The notes: generated by a model not told the origin, from the letters alone. A DNA stretch of 16,776 nucleotides from a virus (IMGVR_UViG_3300037089_000535); one strand, 5' to 3'. Shown: positions 7,544 through 14,743, numbered from the stretch's first letter. Program-made: numbers and translations.

Positions 7544-7737
7544 AAAAAGATTTGTGGTTGCCAAGCCTATGGGCTTGATCCAACGTGCAACAAGTTTCGA
7601 GATGTTTGTCCAGGCTGGATATCTGGCTTTTATATACTCGGAATATTGATGGCCTGAAGATGGCCGTCGAGAGGCGCTAGGCTCATGGGTTGAATTACTC
7701 ATACTGGCATCTCTATATATTTTATTTGGTGTGTAAT

Positions 7738-9195
7738 TTGGAAAGCAATCCAATCAATAACATTAATAGTAATGCATCTAAACTAGCTGAAGACGACATT
7801 AGATCATGGGAAAATGTTCCAGATTCGTTAGCTGATGAGTTGATGGATCATTTTTCGGCAAGGGTTCAAGCCCTTTCCTCTTATGTATATGGTGCTGGAC
7901 GAGGCGTAGCTTTATCTGCGTTTAAAGAATATGCATCAACGACTCTGAAGAAGGGTTTCTATACCTTTATATTCAAAAGTCAACACTGGAGATCTGGGAG
8001 AAGTATTGGCCCTTATCTTCTCACATGCCTTTCAAAGCTAGCCGATAGCTTGAAATCAGATGTAGATTTTATCAAAAAAATCTCTATTCCTATTTGCCCT
8101 GCCTGCAAGGCGCTTGGGGATCGCGAATATCTCGTCTATGACGGAAAGATGCTTCGATGCCAAACATGTTCTATAGAAAGCGTTCGACTTGAAGCAATCA
8201 AAAACAGAGCTTCAAATGATGAGTATGCTTATAGGCTTAGAAAGGTTTTCTCAATACATTCCAGAAGAGGCTGCAGATGTCCTAGCTGTGAAAGGTTTAT
8301 TCCAGAATCATTTTTGAAATCCAACGATTCAATTCGCGTTAGTTGCCCATACGATACCTGCTCTTGGTTTGGAATAATGCCCGAGCTTGAACCAATGGTA
8401 CATCCATTGGGCCAAAGTTCTGGTTCAACTGTTAGTCTGAACGCTCCGATTAGCAATTCGTACGGTTCGCGCGTTCCTGAATTTCAGGATAAATTGGATG
8501 CACAGGAGATTAATCCTGATATCAAAATTGAGCAAACTCAAAAATACAATAGGGAATTTAAGATTGCGAAGGCCGTTATATCAACCCAGAAAGAACGCTT
8601 TTCTAAAGAGCCAATGTCTAAGGTTATCAAAAAGTATTTGATGTACCAAGCATTCGAATCGCTTCTCAATCAAGATCCGGCTGGAATGATTGGCTATCTT
8701 ATTCATGGCAAATCGCTGGGTGAACGACCGATACAAAGTTTGATTTTTCAAAAGTATATTCAACTAATTGAAAGCCATCTTCCATTTGAAGTTGTGGATG
8801 ATGAGGGAAATCTCACCGAAGTATATTCGCTACTTGATCCGTGCCTGAACCTGTTCTTGGGAACTAGCGAATACAGCTCATACGTAAGGGAGAGCGGCCT
8901 TGTTTCAAACAATACGTACGAGATATTCGTGGGGGCGAAGTGCAACGGACCGTGCTTCATTGGTTTTCTTTGCGATATTACAGATGAGAACGGTAAGTCT
9001 CTGTTGTCTGAGGTTGAATATTATACATTTTCAAATATCAAAATGAAAAGTACCGTACCCCAGAATACTTCTGTTAGGGTAATTCATTTCAGGATACCGC
9101 CACATTATGAAATGTATTCTCTTGTGAATCTTCAACGCAGTAGGAAATGTATAGTTACCAGCATTCGTAAAAGGCTCGGCATAAAGTTCAAATAA
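7738..9195 (+). CDS. Hypothetical protein with sigma-70 region-2-like N-terminus and two Zn ribbons (~485 aa; start uncertain: TTG 7690/7726/7738 or GTG 7729)
   Basis: Cys motifs CPAC/CQTC and CRCPSC/CPYDTC. N-terminal helices resemble ECF sigma region 2, and SLNAP...EFQDKLD resembles sigma region 3.2. The ORF is secure; the sigma-like call is tentative. Confidence 0.7.
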   Translation: MESNPINNINSNASKLAEDDIRSWENVPDSLADELMDHFSARVQALSSYVYGAGRGVALSAFKEYASTTLKKGFYTFIFKSQHWRSGRSIGPYLLTCLSKLADSLKSDVDFIKKISIPICPACKALGDREYLVYDGKMLRCQTCSIESVRLEAIKNRASNDEYAYRLRKVFSIHSRRGCRCPSCERFIPESFLKSNDSIRVSCPYDTCSWFGIMPELEPMVHPLGQSSGSTVSLNAPISNSYGSRVPEFQDKLDAQEINPDIKIEQTQKYNREFKIAKAVISTQKERFSKEPMSKVIKKYLMYQAFESLLNQDPAGMIGYLIHGKSLGERPIQSLIFQKYIQLIESHLPFEVVDDEGNLTEVYSLLDPCLNLFLGTSEYSSYVRESGLVSNNTYEIFVGAKCNGPCFIGFLCDITDENGKSLLSEVEYYTFSNIKMKSTVPQNTSVRVIHFRIPPHYEMYSLVNLQRSRKCIVTSIRKRLGIKFK

Positions 9196-9315
9196 ATTAA
9201 GATACAGGCCAATAATAAAACTCACGCTTTTCAACGCAAGATTGAATCATTAGAAGATAGAATTAAAATTTTAGAAAGTAAGTTGATAGAAACATCTGCA
9301 GAGAGTGCCGCATAA
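9196..9315 (+). CDS. Unannotated 39-codon coiled-coil ORF in frame after the stop of the preceding gene (no ATG/GTG/TTG start at its 5' end)
   Basis: IKIQANNKTHAFQRKIESLEDRIKILESKLIETSAESAA*; its TAA 9313-9315 overlaps ATG 9315. Confidence 0.4.
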   Translation: MKIQANNKTHAFQRKIESLEDRIKILESKLIETSAESAA

Positions 9316-9620
9316 TGGAATCAGCAATAAACAAATTTCCTAAGTATCTAATAGACAGCGGATTGATATTTGAAATCAATCGCAAGGTTCTTCATCCGCT
9401 AGGCTTGGCCATGGTTGTGGATGTTGATCGTAATAACAAAAGACAACTTGCAATAACGGCCATCATCGAGACGGATGATCAAGAAGGATTTCTGTACGAC
9501 GAAGAGGGTTATAATATTGGCAAGGAAAAATATCAAAGGTTTCTAGATAAGGGTGGCCAGGAACGTCTGAATAGTAGAATGGCCAAGTACGGATTTATTG
9601 AACAGGATAAGGTTGAATAA
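9315..9620 (+). CDS. Hypothetical protein, 101 aa (EINRKVLHPLGLAM motif)
   Basis: TAATG overlap at its 3' end, and at its 5' end with the unannotated ORF; globular-like composition. Confidence 0.85.
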   Translation: MESAINKFPKYLIDSGLIFEINRKVLHPLGLAMVVDVDRNNKRQLAITAIIETDDQEGFLYDEEGYNIGKEKYQRFLDKGGQERLNSRMAKYGFIEQDKVE

Positions 9621-9955
9621 TGAAAAGTATAATAATTGCATTGTGTTTATTAGGATGTGCGTGCAATCAAAACACATCAGTGAACCCAACGCCAAAGCCA
9701 GATTCTGATGTTTGTTCAGCGATGTGTCAACATATCGGGCCAGCGGCGCAGGGCGGTCTAGGGTGTGAAGAGGGCAACCCAGTATACGATTCGGACAAGC
9801 CCGGACCAAATGGCGTTCCGAATGAGAGCTGCCCAGAGTTCTGTAAGCTTACTCAAGACAGTGGCATATCAATGAATCCTCGTTGTGTTTTGCGTGTCCA
9901 GAGTTGTGATCAAATAGAATTTGCCAGGACCAAGAATCCTAGCACTTGCAAATAA
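9620..9955 (+). CDS. Cys-rich predicted lipoprotein, 111 aa
   Basis: MK plus hydrophobic stretch plus lipobox LLG-C (C13, alternatively C15); eight further Cys (C32-C110) in the mature domain. Confidence 0.8.
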   Translation: MKSIIIALCLLGCACNQNTSVNPTPKPDSDVCSAMCQHIGPAAQGGLGCEEGNPVYDSDKPGPNGVPNESCPEFCKLTQDSGISMNPRCVLRVQSCDQIEFARTKNPSTCK

Positions 9956-9966
9956 GGAGAATTATC

Positions 9967-10788
9967 ATGGAAATTAAATATGGATACCAACCAGACCCAA
10001 AGCATGGAGACCTTCTTGCGCAAGACAAAAATTTCACACTTCAGTTGAAGCCTTACCTTGTTGAAGCTAGTAGTGGTGATATTGATCTATCTCCATTTTC
10101 AACCCCAACCGACCAGCTAAATCTGAGTGCCTGCGCCGGCAATTCTACCGCAGAATCTGTAGAGATTGTTTCTGCAATTGAAGAGGCAGATAGGGCTGCC
10201 AAAGAAGGGCGTGCACCAGTCCCGGTTGCAAAGCTGTCAAGGCTATTCGTATATTCGATGGCTCGTTCTATTATGGACGATGACGGAAGTGGGCAAGGGC
10301 AGATTGATAAAGACCAAGGAACCTTCATTCGTCTTTGCTTCGATACTTTGAGTAGATTTGGTATTTGTGATGAGGTAATTTGGCCCTATGATACCACCAA
10401 GGTATTTGTACAGCCAAGCATCAAGGCGATGCGTCAGGCTGTTGGGCACCGTATCCACAGCTACTATCGCATCAAGCAAACCGGCAAGGATCGCATTCCT
10501 GAGGTCATTGCTGCGCTTCGAGGCCGCCACCCAGTAGTGTTCGGAACCCAGATAAGCAAGACGTTTGGGGATATCAAAGCTCCGTATGTTTGCGGCATTC
10601 CAAAGGATACCGAAGGTGGGCATGCCCAAGTGATTGTTGGTTGGTTAGGGGGACTTTTCAAGGTGAAGAACTCTTGGGGATCTGGTTGGGCTGATGGAGG
10701 GTTTAGTTACTTCACCCCAGAATATATTGCCTGGGATCAGACTCAAGACATTTGGGTTCCAACTATGGGCACAGTGTTTGCGAGGTGA
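9967..10788 (+). CDS. Papain-like C1 cysteine peptidase (xylellain-like), 273 aa
   Basis: AGGAG SD before ATG 9967. Motifs YGYQPD, DQLNLSAC (Gln/Cys), LSRLFVY, GGHAQVIVGW (His) and KNSWGSGWADGG (Asn). Confidence 0.92.
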   Translation: MEIKYGYQPDPKHGDLLAQDKNFTLQLKPYLVEASSGDIDLSPFSTPTDQLNLSACAGNSTAESVEIVSAIEEADRAAKEGRAPVPVAKLSRLFVYSMARSIMDDDGSGQGQIDKDQGTFIRLCFDTLSRFGICDEVIWPYDTTKVFVQPSIKAMRQAVGHRIHSYYRIKQTGKDRIPEVIAALRGRHPVVFGTQISKTFGDIKAPYVCGIPKDTEGGHAQVIVGWLGGLFKVKNSWGSGWADGGFSYFTPEYIAWDQTQDIWVPTMGTVFAR

Positions 10789-10792
10789 TATT

Positions 10793-11017
10793 ATGAGTTG
10801 GCAAGGTGAAAGAGGAACACCAGGATGTCCTGGTTTAGATAAATCAGATTATGAATTGATAGTTTTGGCTTTGGAAAAATATACCTCAGATCAGAGCGTC
10901 ATTGGCAGCTTATCTCGTGATGATTTAAAGAATTTATATATCACACAGCATCTTGTTAAGCAAACGCTCTTGTGGTATGATTTGAAAACAAAGCTTGATT
11001 TATTGCAAAGAAAGTAA
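10793..11017 (+). CDS. Small hypothetical protein, 74 aa
   Basis: GAGGTG SD before ATG 10793; fills the gap between the protease and kinase genes. Confidence 0.7.
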   Translation: MSWQGERGTPGCPGLDKSDYELIVLALEKYTSDQSVIGSLSRDDLKNLYITQHLVKQTLLWYDLKTKLDLLQRK

Positions 11018-11019
11018 TT

Positions 11020-11751
11020 ATGAAAGTAATTATTATGATGGGCCTTCCCGGCTCGGGGAAGTCAACGTGGGCGAAGTCAGTCCAAGGTAGAAAAGTTATC
11101 GTATCATCTGATAACTACTTTACCGATCCTGATGGTAATTATAACTGGACAATTGAAGAGGCTCACAAAGGCCACGAAGATTGTTTGCGTAGATTTATAC
11201 ATGAATTTCAATCTGGGCCGCCAAGTGGAGATCCACCCAAACCGCCTGAAGTAATAATTGTAGATAATACAAATGTTAGAATTCATGACATTTCACCATA
11301 CATAAGAATAGCTCAGGCGTATGGTTGTGATGTTGAAGTGAAGTACATGGATACTAATGTTGATAACTCAAAGACTAGGAATATCCATGGAGTTCCAGAT
11401 GTTGCCTATGATAGGATGCAGAAGAATTTTGCATTCTTGCTTGAGACATGGCCCAAAGATTTCCCGCCGATTGAGTTTGTGACTGATACAGGATGGGGCT
11501 CAATAGCTCCTGCATATGGATGTCTATGGCCAGAAGAACAAACTGAATTCGATGTGATTCTTGTTGAGGCTGGACCAAGCAAGATTCGTATAGTGAAATG
11601 GTTTAGGGAAAATACAAAAATTACATTGAAGGGCGCTATAGAATTGGCAGAGAATAGCCCAAAGAAGATCTTGTCAGAAGTTTCTGAGTATGAAGCTAAT
11701 AAAGCAAAACAACAACTTGAAGCTCTTGGTGCCAAGATAGAAATTAGGTAA
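11020..11751 (+). CDS. AAA_33/N4BP2-like P-loop (polynucleotide) kinase fused to a ribosomal protein bL12 (L7/L12) C-terminal domain
   Basis: Kinase motifs GLPGSGKST, SSDNYF, IIVDNTN and RNIHGVP. Residues 172-243 (EEQTEFDVIL...KIRIVKWFR...LKGAIELAE...EALGAKIEIR) align without gaps to the remembered E. coli bL12 CTD (EEKTEFDVIL...KVAVIKAVR...LKEAKDLVE...EEAGAEVEVK). Confidence 0.9.
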   Translation: MKVIIMMGLPGSGKSTWAKSVQGRKVIVSSDNYFTDPDGNYNWTIEEAHKGHEDCLRRFIHEFQSGPPSGDPPKPPEVIIVDNTNVRIHDISPYIRIAQAYGCDVEVKYMDTNVDNSKTRNIHGVPDVAYDRMQKNFAFLLETWPKDFPPIEFVTDTGWGSIAPAYGCLWPEEQTEFDVILVEAGPSKIRIVKWFRENTKITLKGAIELAENSPKKILSEVSEYEANKAKQQLEALGAKIEIR

Positions 11752-11755
11752 TCAG

Positions 11756-12325
11756 ATGAAACTAAGTGATCTAAACATACTTGATTTTGGCAATTCAATC
11801 CAAATGTCAGGTGCCGTGTTTTCAGATGAAAACAAATCATATCTATGTATGTTTCCTGGAGAAACATTAAATGATATGAACACCATAATTATGGATAGTG
11901 AAGATTGGAAGTCTCTAATTCATCAAACAGATTTGTTGGAAACAGAGATTTTGGCCAAAGCTCCTGATGGTAGTTTGGTAAAGATTATCTATCGAAAGAG
12001 CCAGCGCAACATTGACCAAGTTATTTCCTGGAAGGTTTTCAGGAGAGACAGCTATAAGTGTAGATACTGTGGTGCTGACAATGTACCACTTACAGTTGAT
12101 CATCTTGTTTGTTGGGAAGATGGCGGCCCTAGCATTGAATCAAACTTATTAACATCGTGCAAAAAGTGCAATAAAATTCGTGGTAACAAATCGTACGCTG
12201 AGTGGTTGAGACATCCAAGATATCTAGAAACTAAGAAGAAACTATCATTGGAAATTCAGCGAGAGAATGAAGCCATCCTTGCTACACTTGATTCAATTCC
12301 AAGGCAGCACGTAAGGTCTAGGTAA
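11756..12325 (+). CDS. HNH endonuclease with ~85-aa N-terminal extension
   Basis: VFRRDSYKCRYCG...LTVDHL...GG...NLLTSCKKCNKIRGNK is a Zn-binding HNH motif. Confidence 0.92.
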   Translation: MKLSDLNILDFGNSIQMSGAVFSDENKSYLCMFPGETLNDMNTIIMDSEDWKSLIHQTDLLETEILAKAPDGSLVKIIYRKSQRNIDQVISWKVFRRDSYKCRYCGADNVPLTVDHLVCWEDGGPSIESNLLTSCKKCNKIRGNKSYAEWLRHPRYLETKKKLSLEIQRENEAILATLDSIPRQHVRSR

Positions 12326-12375
12326 TAATTACGGGTATGGCCCAACAGCCCCACAATCAAAAGTGGAGAATTTTG

Positions 12376-12403
12376 TTGCAAGCCATTCGCTTCGCCATAT
12401 AAT
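12376..12403 (+). promoter_or_regulatory. Sigma70-type promoter TTGCAA-N16-TATAAT upstream of the sigma gene
   Basis: Perfect -10 at 12398-12403 and -35 at 12376-12381, in an intergenic region. Confidence 0.65.
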
Positions 12404-12475
12404 AACATCACAACGCTTACGACAGGTTGAGGGGGACTTGTCTGCGTTTCAAAAGCGCTGAGAGTGAGTATTACG

Positions 12476-13015
12476 ATGAACGTTTATGAAAGATTCAAGA
12501 ACAACGAATATTTATTAAACCCAATTGTAAAAGGATTGCATAGGCGATTTAGCCGGTTTTTTCAGCTAAAAGAATTATATCAATGGGGCTCGATTGGTCT
12601 ATTTGATGCCAGCAAGAAATTTTCTGGCAATGAAGAAGAGTTTCATTTTTATGCAAATGTTCGTATCCGTGGAAGTATTATTGATGAGATACGAAAAGAG
12701 TCATTGTTTGTTAGGCGCGCAGGTGTAGATGAACAGCCAAAGTTCACGTACTGCGAAGAACCAGAATATGATCACGCATATTCCGATACTTCATTCGAAA
12801 ATAAGTTAATTGCAAGAGAAAAACTATCACAAATAATCAATGGCCTTGATCGTCTAACCCCACGACTACGAAATGTTTTTATATGGACATTCTTTGAAAA
12901 AATAGAACAGGCAGATATTGCACTGGTTATTGGGTTATCTGAGCCGCGCGTTTCCCAACTGAAGAAGAAGGCCATAAAAGCGCTCGCCAAGATGGGCGTC
13001 GAGATGGCAGCTTAG
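12476..13015 (+). CDS. Compact FliA/WhiG-like (sigma-28 family) RNA polymerase sigma factor, ~179 aa (start ATG 12476 or GTG 12464)
   Basis: Region 2: ELYQWGSIGLFDASKKF...FHFYANVRIRGSIIDEIRK. Region 4: LTPRLRNVF...DIALVIGLSEPRVSQLKKKAIKAL. Confidence 0.88.
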   Translation: MNVYERFKNNEYLLNPIVKGLHRRFSRFFQLKELYQWGSIGLFDASKKFSGNEEEFHFYANVRIRGSIIDEIRKESLFVRRAGVDEQPKFTYCEEPEYDHAYSDTSFENKLIAREKLSQIINGLDRLTPRLRNVFIWTFFEKIEQADIALVIGLSEPRVSQLKKKAIKALAKMGVEMAA

Positions 13016-13389
13016 GTCACCCTAATCCTCTTGGTTCTAGTTGGATTCGTCATTTTTGGTAGGGTTATTGTTAACTGTCCATTCTTCAAAGAGGCACTGA
13101 TAGTGTCTTTGTCTATATCTTTCGGTACGTAGAAAGTAAATGATTTGCTATTCTCAGCATTTTTTGCTTTGATGTTTAGAACAGATAATGTACTAGAAGT
13201 GTAGCCTATATCGATGTCTATTTCTTCTCTTTCGAATCCAGGTATGTCAATTTTTACAGAGTAGTTATCTCCATTATCCTTTACTTTATCGAGAATGTCC
13301 TTTGTCTTGCGTGTATGGGCTATTGCATTATCTATACCTTCGTTAATAGCCTTGTCAAACGCATCAAATATCTCAAATAACCTAATCAT
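13012..13389 (-). CDS. Hsp20/alpha-crystallin small heat-shock protein
   Basis: YSVKIDIPGFEREEIDI...IDKDTISASLKNGQLTITLPK...RIRV; AAGGAG SD. Confidence 0.9.
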   Translation of the reverse strand: MIRLFEIFDAFDKAINEGIDNAIAHTRKTKDILDKVKDNGDNYSVKIDIPGFEREEIDIDIGYTSSTLSVLNIKAKNAENSKSFTFYVPKDIDKDTISASLKNGQLTITLPKMTNPTRTKRIRVT

Positions 13390-13422
13390 AATATCTCCTT
13401 GTAGCGTTCAGCTGTGGCAAGC

Positions 13423-13450
13423 AATCTAAATACTCGAAATCGCAAGTCAA
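13423..13450 (-). promoter_or_regulatory. Possible sigma70-type promoter TTGACT-N16-TAGATT for the Hsp20 gene
   Basis: The -35 overlaps the helicase TGA stop; the -10 is TAnnnT-type. Confidence 0.4.
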
Positions 13451-14697
13451 GTGATAATCGTCAACTTGTCAGACGATCGAGTCGAAGCCGTATAGGCCCA
13501 TCTGCGATACGTGTCATCGTCCACCGGCACCGGCCTTTCATTGAACAAAATCACATTAGGGGCCTGTGACCCCTGAAACTTATGTACAGTGAGAGCGTAA
13601 CCATAGTCGAACAACAGCCCAACATCGTTCCAGCTCTTGACTTCCATTTTGAATTGCGCAAGCTCATCAAATAATCCGAATGTTTTTGGATATCCAAATT
13701 GGTGTTTGCAAATGTTATTTGCACTAATTTCAATATCCTCATATGGAAATTTTATTTTACCTGACCAGAAATGATCGTCAATCTCTTTGACGCTAGATTT
13801 GAAGTAGCCCCTATATCCATTGTACATAGGCGGCTGCTTTGAATTCTTGTTCTTAACGTTACGTAGGCAAATCACAAGATCATTAGATAAAGGAATGGCG
13901 CTAACACTGCCGAATACAAACTTCCTAACCATATTGTTAAAGCGTGTGCGCGTAGAATTTCTATAACATAGGATTGCGCTATCTAAAAGCTCTTCTGGTG
14001 TTTGCTTACACTGATATGTTTGTTTAATAAAGTCAACCGCGTCTCTCATTTTTACAAAAGATATATGTTTATTGTCAGAACATGATTTTGGAATTTCGCC
14101 GGTTTCTCTGATTATCATTGATAGGTTGATAATCGGATTGTCTTGTGCTTGGCGATGGATTTTTTCCAACCTCAATATCGGATCCTTCATCAATGAGAAT
14201 TTGCTTCCAATTGGTGGCAGTTGTCCATGATCACCAACGGCAAGAATATCAATTCCATATGAAGAAAGATCTCTAAATATATCTTCTGAGATCATACTGG
14301 CTTCATCAAGGACAATGATGTCGTAGTCTATTTTTGGGTTTCTTGCCCAACAGATAACTTCGCCGGTATTTTCATCTTCGATTGGGCGATAGATGAGGCT
14401 GTGGATGGTGCCGCAGTAGTGGTCATCCTTCCCGAATTGAAAGCCTTGCTGTCGAAGCTTTGTTCCAAGGATCGAGGCGGCACGCCCTGATAGAGCACAG
14501 AAGGCAAAGCGAATTGAGTTTGAAAATGACTTAGCCAGTTTCGAAGTAACGGTAGTTTTTCCAGTCCCGGCGAATCCTGCAAAAGTCAATAGATTTGGGG
14601 ACTTTTGATTTGGGTGGACAATTCCTCCATTGGCCAGCCACTTGGCCATTACTTCGTATGCGGAGCATTGGTCATCAGACAGAGTGATATCATTCAT
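13447..14697 (-). CDS. SF1B helicase (Dda/RecD2-like), 416 aa
   Basis: Motifs GFAGTGKTT, LDEASM, VGDHGQLPPI, HRQAQDNPII, YGYALTVHKFQGSQ and YTASTRS; GGAG SD. Confidence 0.93.
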   Translation of the reverse strand: MNDITLSDDQCSAYEVMAKWLANGGIVHPNQKSPNLLTFAGFAGTGKTTVTSKLAKSFSNSIRFAFCALSGRAASILGTKLRQQGFQFGKDDHYCGTIHSLIYRPIEDENTGEVICWARNPKIDYDIIVLDEASMISEDIFRDLSSYGIDILAVGDHGQLPPIGSKFSLMKDPILRLEKIHRQAQDNPIINLSMIIRETGEIPKSCSDNKHISFVKMRDAVDFIKQTYQCKQTPEELLDSAILCYRNSTRTRFNNMVRKFVFGSVSAIPLSNDLVICLRNVKNKNSKQPPMYNGYRGYFKSSVKEIDDHFWSGKIKFPYEDIEISANNICKHQFGYPKTFGLFDELAQFKMEVKSWNDVGLLFDYGYALTVHKFQGSQAPNVILFNERPVPVDDDTYRRWAYTASTRSSDKLTIIT

Positions 14698-14729
14698 GGA
14701 ATTTACTCCGCGCAGACTACACCGATCGA

Positions 14730-14743
14730 CTGGATATATCCAG
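14730..14743. promoter_or_regulatory. Perfect 14-bp palindrome CTGGATATATCCAG in the 50-bp divergent intergenic region
   Basis: Self-complementary as read; lies between helicase ATG (14697, -) and phosphoesterase ATG (14748, +). Function unknown. Confidence 0.5.

Noticed and set aside
7463-7753. 96-aa minus-strand ORF spanning the DUF192/sigma-like gap
   Set aside because: Overlaps the DUF192 gene and the possible 5' end of the downstream + strand gene, has no clear SD, runs against local gene orientation, and has no recognisable motif.
11533-11751. C-terminal module of the kinase as a ClpS-like adaptor (same fold as the bL12 CTD; clpP is in the window)
   Set aside because: The sequence matches bL12 residue by residue (EFDVIL, K..(V/I)K..R, LK.A..L.E, LE..GA) and lacks the ClpS N-degron pocket motif (NDD.T/H).
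13231-13239. TTCGAATCC, resembling a tRNA T-loop
   Set aside because: Flanks do not form a T-stem, no cloverleaf can be built, and it lies inside the Hsp20 CDS.
13685-13698. Perfect palindrome TTTGGATATCCAAA
   Set aside because: Inside the helicase CDS (encodes FGYPK); no evidence of a regulatory role, and one such palindrome in 17 kb of AT-rich DNA is unremarkable.
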